In this document: piece after piece, positions 44,150 to 47,708 of the stretch
How positions within the stretch are numbered: the stretch's first letter is position 1
How the letters are laid out: the number at the start of each line of letters is the position of its first letter
Assembly (NCBI GenBank): GCA_021731495.1
Contig: JAKFXG010000010.1
Location: 1-47,708 of the forward strand
Origin: Candidatus Parcubacteria bacterium
Lineage (GTDB): Bacteria > Patescibacteriota > Minisyncoccia > Phycocordibacterales > Phycocordibacteraceae
Length of the DNA: 47,708 nucleotides
Reading direction: 5' to 3'
The notes under the pieces: generated by a model
Told to the model about the DNA's origin: nothing
Databases searched by the model: none
What the model saw: the letters and a program-made list of their open reading frames with translations, nothing else
Program-made: the position numbers and the translations under genes

Positions 44150-44710
44150 ATGCACAATCTCTACAAAATCGGTTACTACGCATTCGTTGGCGCCGTCGTC
44201 GCGCTCGGTCTTCTCTTGGTGGTGTCTCTGGTGCCGATACCGGGGAACATCGAAGTAAAGATAGTGCAATCGGGTTCGATGGAGCCCACGATCAAGACGG
44301 GCGCGCTCACGGTGGTCAAGCCTTTCACGAAGTATGCGGTGGGAGATGTCATCATGTTCGGCCCGGACACGAAGACAGAGGTCCCGACGACGCACCGCAT
44401 CATCGCAGACGAAGTGAGAAGCGGCGTCTTCTACTACACGACGAAGGGAGATGCGAACGAAGACCCCGACCCCCAGCCTGTGCGGCAGAGCGAGGTGATA
44501 GGGAAGGTGCTCCTCGACATTCCCTACCTCGGCTACCTACTGGATTTCGCCAAAAAGCCGCTCGGATTCATTCTCCTCATCGGTGTGCCGGCGGCAATTG
44601 TGGTATTCGACGAGGCGGGGAAGATATGGCGAGAGGTGCGGAAGATAAATAGGAAGGAGGAAGAGCCTCTCGGGAATACCGCGTATGACACCAGCCAAAA
44701 CAAAAATTAA
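44150..44710 (+). CDS. sipW: signal peptidase I, ER/archaeal (SipW) type
   Basis: N-terminal TM helix, the SGSMEPTIKTGAL catalytic Ser box, HRII, TKGDANEDPD, and a C-terminal TM helix (LGFILLIGVPAAIVVF). It lies among substrates bearing SipW-type signal peptides. Confidence 0.85.
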   Translation: MHNLYKIGYYAFVGAVVALGLLLVVSLVPIPGNIEVKIVQSGSMEPTIKTGALTVVKPFTKYAVGDVIMFGPDTKTEVPTTHRIIADEVRSGVFYYTTKGDANEDPDPQPVRQSEVIGKVLLDIPYLGYLLDFAKKPLGFILLIGVPAAIVVFDEAGKIWREVRKINRKEEEPLGNTAYDTSQNKN

Positions 44711-47123
44711 AAAAAGGACTGCAAAGAAAACGCCGCGTGCCGTGCGTTCCGGCGTGCGAGTGAAGAAGATAGCCCGGAAGAGAGCAGGGAGGGTCGCGCT
44801 ATCAGCCAGAGTGATCGATCTGCGTCCCCCTCGCCGCGCACGCGCACCACGCAAGAACAAGCGGAAAAGCGTCCGCTCGCCGTTTGTCGCGCTCGCGCCG
44901 CGCGTATTGCTCAAACTTCTCGCCGCTACGCTCATGGTGAGTCTGAACGGCGCCGGACTGCTTGGCGTCGGTTACACTGCGGCATATTACAATGACCACG
45001 AGGATTCTTCGGGGAATGCTTTTGCAGCCGGCTCGGTCGATTTCTCCCTATCGGCTATCGCATGGAACCCGCTCCAGGCGTCTCTCAATATGCAGCCGGG
45101 AACTACGACCACAAAGACATTTGCTCTCAATGAGGGGTTGAGCAACCCATTTCAATACTTCGCATCGACCACGCTTATGGGCGGCGATGTCCCATTTTGT
45201 AACGGCATCAACGTATCGCTTACCCAAGCAAGCACTACGCTCTTTACCGGAGCGCTCTCCGCGCTCGTAACGGCGACGACGACGTCCACAACCACGCTCG
45301 CTCTCTCCGCGACAACGGGTACAAACAATTTCCAAAACAGCGTCTGCCTCTTTGGTCTCGATTTCAATGGTTGGCAGACACGGCACGAGTACCTCACATT
45401 TGAAGACGGCGGATTCAACGATACCGAGAGAGCAACCACGACGCTCGCATCGTGGGGCTTCCGTTTGAATAAAGTGTATTACGACGTAGAAACGCCCGAG
45501 CGCGGCGAAGAGGGCGATAACGAATGGGTGGAAATTTATAATCAGACAAATGTGCCTTTGGATATTTCAAATTGGGAGATTTGCGACAACACTTCCTGCG
45601 ACACGATACCCGCGGGCACGCCCACAGTCTCTGCACAGGGGTACGCGATGATAACTAATAATCCGAACACGGCTTCGGCGACAGGAACGGCGCCGTGGTA
45701 TCTGCCTCCCGGCGTCGTGTACATTCCGCTTGGAGAAAATATCGGCAACGGCCTCCACAATGACGCAGACATGCTGGTATTGAAGCGGCCGGACGGCGTC
45801 GTGATAGACCAGATGAATTACGGAACACCGGACCCGAGTTGGGTAAACTACGCGGCCTATCAATCAGGCATATGGGACCCGGGTGCGACCGATGTGGCAG
45901 AGGGGAATCTACTTGCGCGCATTCCTTCCGGCTACGACACCGACCAGGCGTCGGACTGGCATGAGATAACCCCGCCGGCGCTCGACCTCATCTATCCCGA
46001 CGAAGGCGCTTCCTACACGTGGTATTGGACTCACACCTACACGATCAGATGGACGGCAACGAATCCTAACGGTCCCGACAGCGCTCTCTCCATCGCGCTC
46101 TTTTATATCCTCGACGAGGATAACTCACACTCAATAACGCCGGTGGACACGACTCACACCATAACACTGGCGACCGATAACGACGGCGCATACAAGTGGA
46201 AGGTGCCGTCCGGTTTCATCGGCTACATTTGGATTACTCTTGTCGCAACAGGGCCTGAGAATCCGCTTAACAACACACGCACAGTGTCCGGTAAAATTTA
46301 CGACCCGGAGCCGATATTCATCGGTCCCGAGGGTATTGACCCGGAGGATCTCGATCTCATCGCGCCGGTCATCACCATCCTCGGCGATAATCCGACGCTC
46401 GTGCCACTTGGGGCGGCTTTTGAGGACCTTGGTGCAGACGTGTCCGACAATGTGAGCCAGAACCTCAGCTACGCAACTCTCGGCGAAGTGGATACCGCGG
46501 TCCTCGGCGAGTACGCCATCACATATACCGCATTTGATGAAATGGGGAACACGGCGACCTCGACCCGCGCGGTCATCGTCTACGATCCGGCAGTCGGCCC
46601 TCCGACTTTTGAGGAACCAGCACCCGACCCAGTCGCTGACGAATCGGCGCTTGGCACCGGCGAGGAGCAAGAGGCCAATGTAGGAAATGCTCCGGTTGCC
46701 GCCGGGGAGGGCCAACAACAGGACACGACTGCCGCTACTGAAATCATCAACACTCTACTTACGGTCGATGCGGCCATTAAAGAAGAAGGAGAAACTACCA
46801 CGTCCATTGTCGACGAGGAGGGTGATGGTGCGGATGCCGACCAAAATGAGGCGCTTAACACGCCTACGGAGGAGCCAACTCTTGGTGGGGAGAGCTCGAT
46901 ACCGGAAGAAATTTCCGGAGGCGAGACCAGCGGTGAAATACTTCCTGACGCGTTGTCTATAGGGGCGACTGAGGTGCGCGAAGAAGAAGTTCTCCCACCG
47001 GAAGAAGCTGTTTCTGAAGCGATTGTAGAAGCGCCGGCCGAACCGGTTGTTACGGAACCTGAGGCGCCGTCAGTCGCGGTCGAGAGCGCTCCAGTCGAAC
47101 CGGCTCCAGCTCCGGCCGAATAA
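44685..47123 (+). CDS. large secreted multidomain protein: SipW-type N-terminal motif, lamin-tail domain, Ig-like domains and an acidic disordered tail
   Basis: LLGVGYTAAYYNDHEDSSGNAFAAGSVDFSL. The LTD-like block is RLNKVYYDV...GDNEWVEIYNQTNVPLDISNWEICD...NDADMLVLKRPDGVVIDQMNYG. The DUF5011-like block is APVITILGDNPTLVPLGAAFEDLGADVSD...YAITYTAFDEMGNTAT. The last ~170 aa are an E/P/A-rich tail. The start is uncertain (ATG 44685 versus TTG 44907). Confidence 0.8.
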   Translation: MTPAKTKIKKRTAKKTPRAVRSGVRVKKIARKRAGRVALSARVIDLRPPRRARAPRKNKRKSVRSPFVALAPRVLLKLLAATLMVSLNGAGLLGVGYTAAYYNDHEDSSGNAFAAGSVDFSLSAIAWNPLQASLNMQPGTTTTKTFALNEGLSNPFQYFASTTLMGGDVPFCNGINVSLTQASTTLFTGALSALVTATTTSTTTLALSATTGTNNFQNSVCLFGLDFNGWQTRHEYLTFEDGGFNDTERATTTLASWGFRLNKVYYDVETPERGEEGDNEWVEIYNQTNVPLDISNWEICDNTSCDTIPAGTPTVSAQGYAMITNNPNTASATGTAPWYLPPGVVYIPLGENIGNGLHNDADMLVLKRPDGVVIDQMNYGTPDPSWVNYAAYQSGIWDPGATDVAEGNLLARIPSGYDTDQASDWHEITPPALDLIYPDEGASYTWYWTHTYTIRWTATNPNGPDSALSIALFYILDEDNSHSITPVDTTHTITLATDNDGAYKWKVPSGFIGYIWITLVATGPENPLNNTRTVSGKIYDPEPIFIGPEGIDPEDLDLIAPVITILGDNPTLVPLGAAFEDLGADVSDNVSQNLSYATLGEVDTAVLGEYAITYTAFDEMGNTATSTRAVIVYDPAVGPPTFEEPAPDPVADESALGTGEEQEANVGNAPVAAGEGQQQDTTAATEIINTLLTVDAAIKEEGETTTSIVDEEGDGADADQNEALNTPTEEPTLGGESSIPEEISGGETSGEILPDALSIGATEVREEEVLPPEEAVSEAIVEAPAEPVVTEPEAPSVAVESAPVEPAPAPAE

Positions 47124-47127
47124 CGAT

Positions 47128-47708
47128 ATGACTACCTTACTCAACACCAATCGAATACTGCCGGCACTGGTCGCGGGGGTGATTGCCGCGCTCGTGTTCG
47201 GTGCTTCTCCGGCGCATGCGGAGGGCCCTCTCACGGTAGATTTTGAGCGAGACCCGTTGTTTGGCGAGGTGAATTTCTTGCCGGGAGACATGCGAGACGG
47301 CGATGTGACGGTGACAAATGGCACGGACGTCGCACAGAATATATACACGGAATCCATAAACGGATTTGACCCGGACGGGCTCGGGAGTCAGCTACGCCTC
47401 AGGGTATTTGAGAATACAAACCCAGTGCCGATTTACAGTGACGAGTTCGATGACTTCCTCTCAGCCGGTCCCGTACCGCTCTCACTCCTTGGTGCTGGCG
47501 CTACTAAAACCTATACATTTGAAGTTTCCTTTATCGATTCCGCCGACAATGACTACCAAGGGAAATCACTCGGCTTCGATCTCTGCATCGGATTTGCCGG
47601 TAGCGGTCTCCAATGCGGTAACACGGTTGTGAGTGACCCTGAAAGCGTGGTGCCGCCGCCAGGCGGCGGTAGTGGCGGCGGGAGCGGAGGCGGCAACGGC
47701 GGCGGGGG
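47128..47708 (+). CDS. TasA-fold-like secreted protein with a conventional signal peptide, 3' end outside window
   Basis: The frame is open from ATG 47128 to the window end, so it is absent from the ORF track, which needs a stop. Signal peptide ...ALVFGASPAHA/EGP. FLPGDMRDGDVTVTNG and NDYQGKSLGFDLCIGF resemble the TasA blocks NLKPGDKLTKDFQFENNG and NKYQGNSIKLQFSFEA. The visible end is a Gly-rich run. Confidence 0.6.
   Translation, partial: MTTLLNTNRILPALVAGVIAALVFGASPAHAEGPLTVDFERDPLFGEVNFLPGDMRDGDVTVTNGTDVAQNIYTESINGFDPDGLGSQLRLRVFENTNPVPIYSDEFDDFLSAGPVPLSLLGAGATKTYTFEVSFIDSADNDYQGKSLGFDLCIGFAGSGLQCGNTVVSDPESVVPPPGGGSGGGSGGGNGGG

Noticed and set aside
46131-46718. 195-aa minus-strand ORF
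   Set aside because: It is antisense to the large secreted protein gene, whose plus frame carries recognisable domain patterns.
1-47708. Alternative genetic code (UGA recoding, as in some CPR lineages)
   Set aside because: All recognisable housekeeping genes are intact full-length ORFs under the standard code, and several end in TGA.

Overview
This 47.7-kb segment reads like a streamlined bacterial genome. It is probably CPR/Patescibacteria (Parcubacteria-like). That placement is an inference from minimal housekeeping proteins, an L32 of the MRHTKGHTGNRRSHHAL type, and DUF5674/DUF1360-type small ORFs. Nt 1-38,100 is a dense information-processing backbone: thrS, dnaE, rnhB, rpmF, a nusB-Nudix fusion, rnc, a short smc, rnr, rpsP-KH-trmD, rpoB-rpoC, dnaG-rpoD, a UvrD-like helicase-nuclease, hisS-exonuclease-DsbA-like, prmC and an RRM protein. 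I saw no rRNA, tRNA or CRISPR array. Nt ~38,200-47,708 is accessory and partly more AT-rich by eye. It holds a Usg-like plus cupin-like gene pair, a RAYT/IS200-type Y1 transposase flanked by palindromic REP hairpins, and a putative lipoprotein. It also holds the most interesting locus, at 40.7-47.7 kb and running off the window. There, a SipW-like (ER/archaeal-type) signal peptidase sits among four TasA/camelysin-like secreted proteins. Three of them carry the SipW-cognate N-terminal motif, and each is fused to a different module: a beta-helix, an inserted jelly-roll-like domain, or a lamin-tail plus Ig-like domain with an acidic tail. A 66-nt structured repeat occurs twice in this locus. Other patterns are listed below. 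Most backbone genes have a (TGn)TAnnnT box 6-9 nt upstream of the ATG, which implies leaderless mRNAs, whereas the accessory and orphan genes have Shine-Dalgarno sites. An ORF-free transcription unit with its own promoter and terminator lies next to hisS. An 18-bp inverted repeat sits in the rnr/rpsP divergent promoter region. A shared hairpin family follows two stop codons. All coordinates of small elements were hand-indexed (about +/-2 nt). All family assignments come from motif recognition, not searches.
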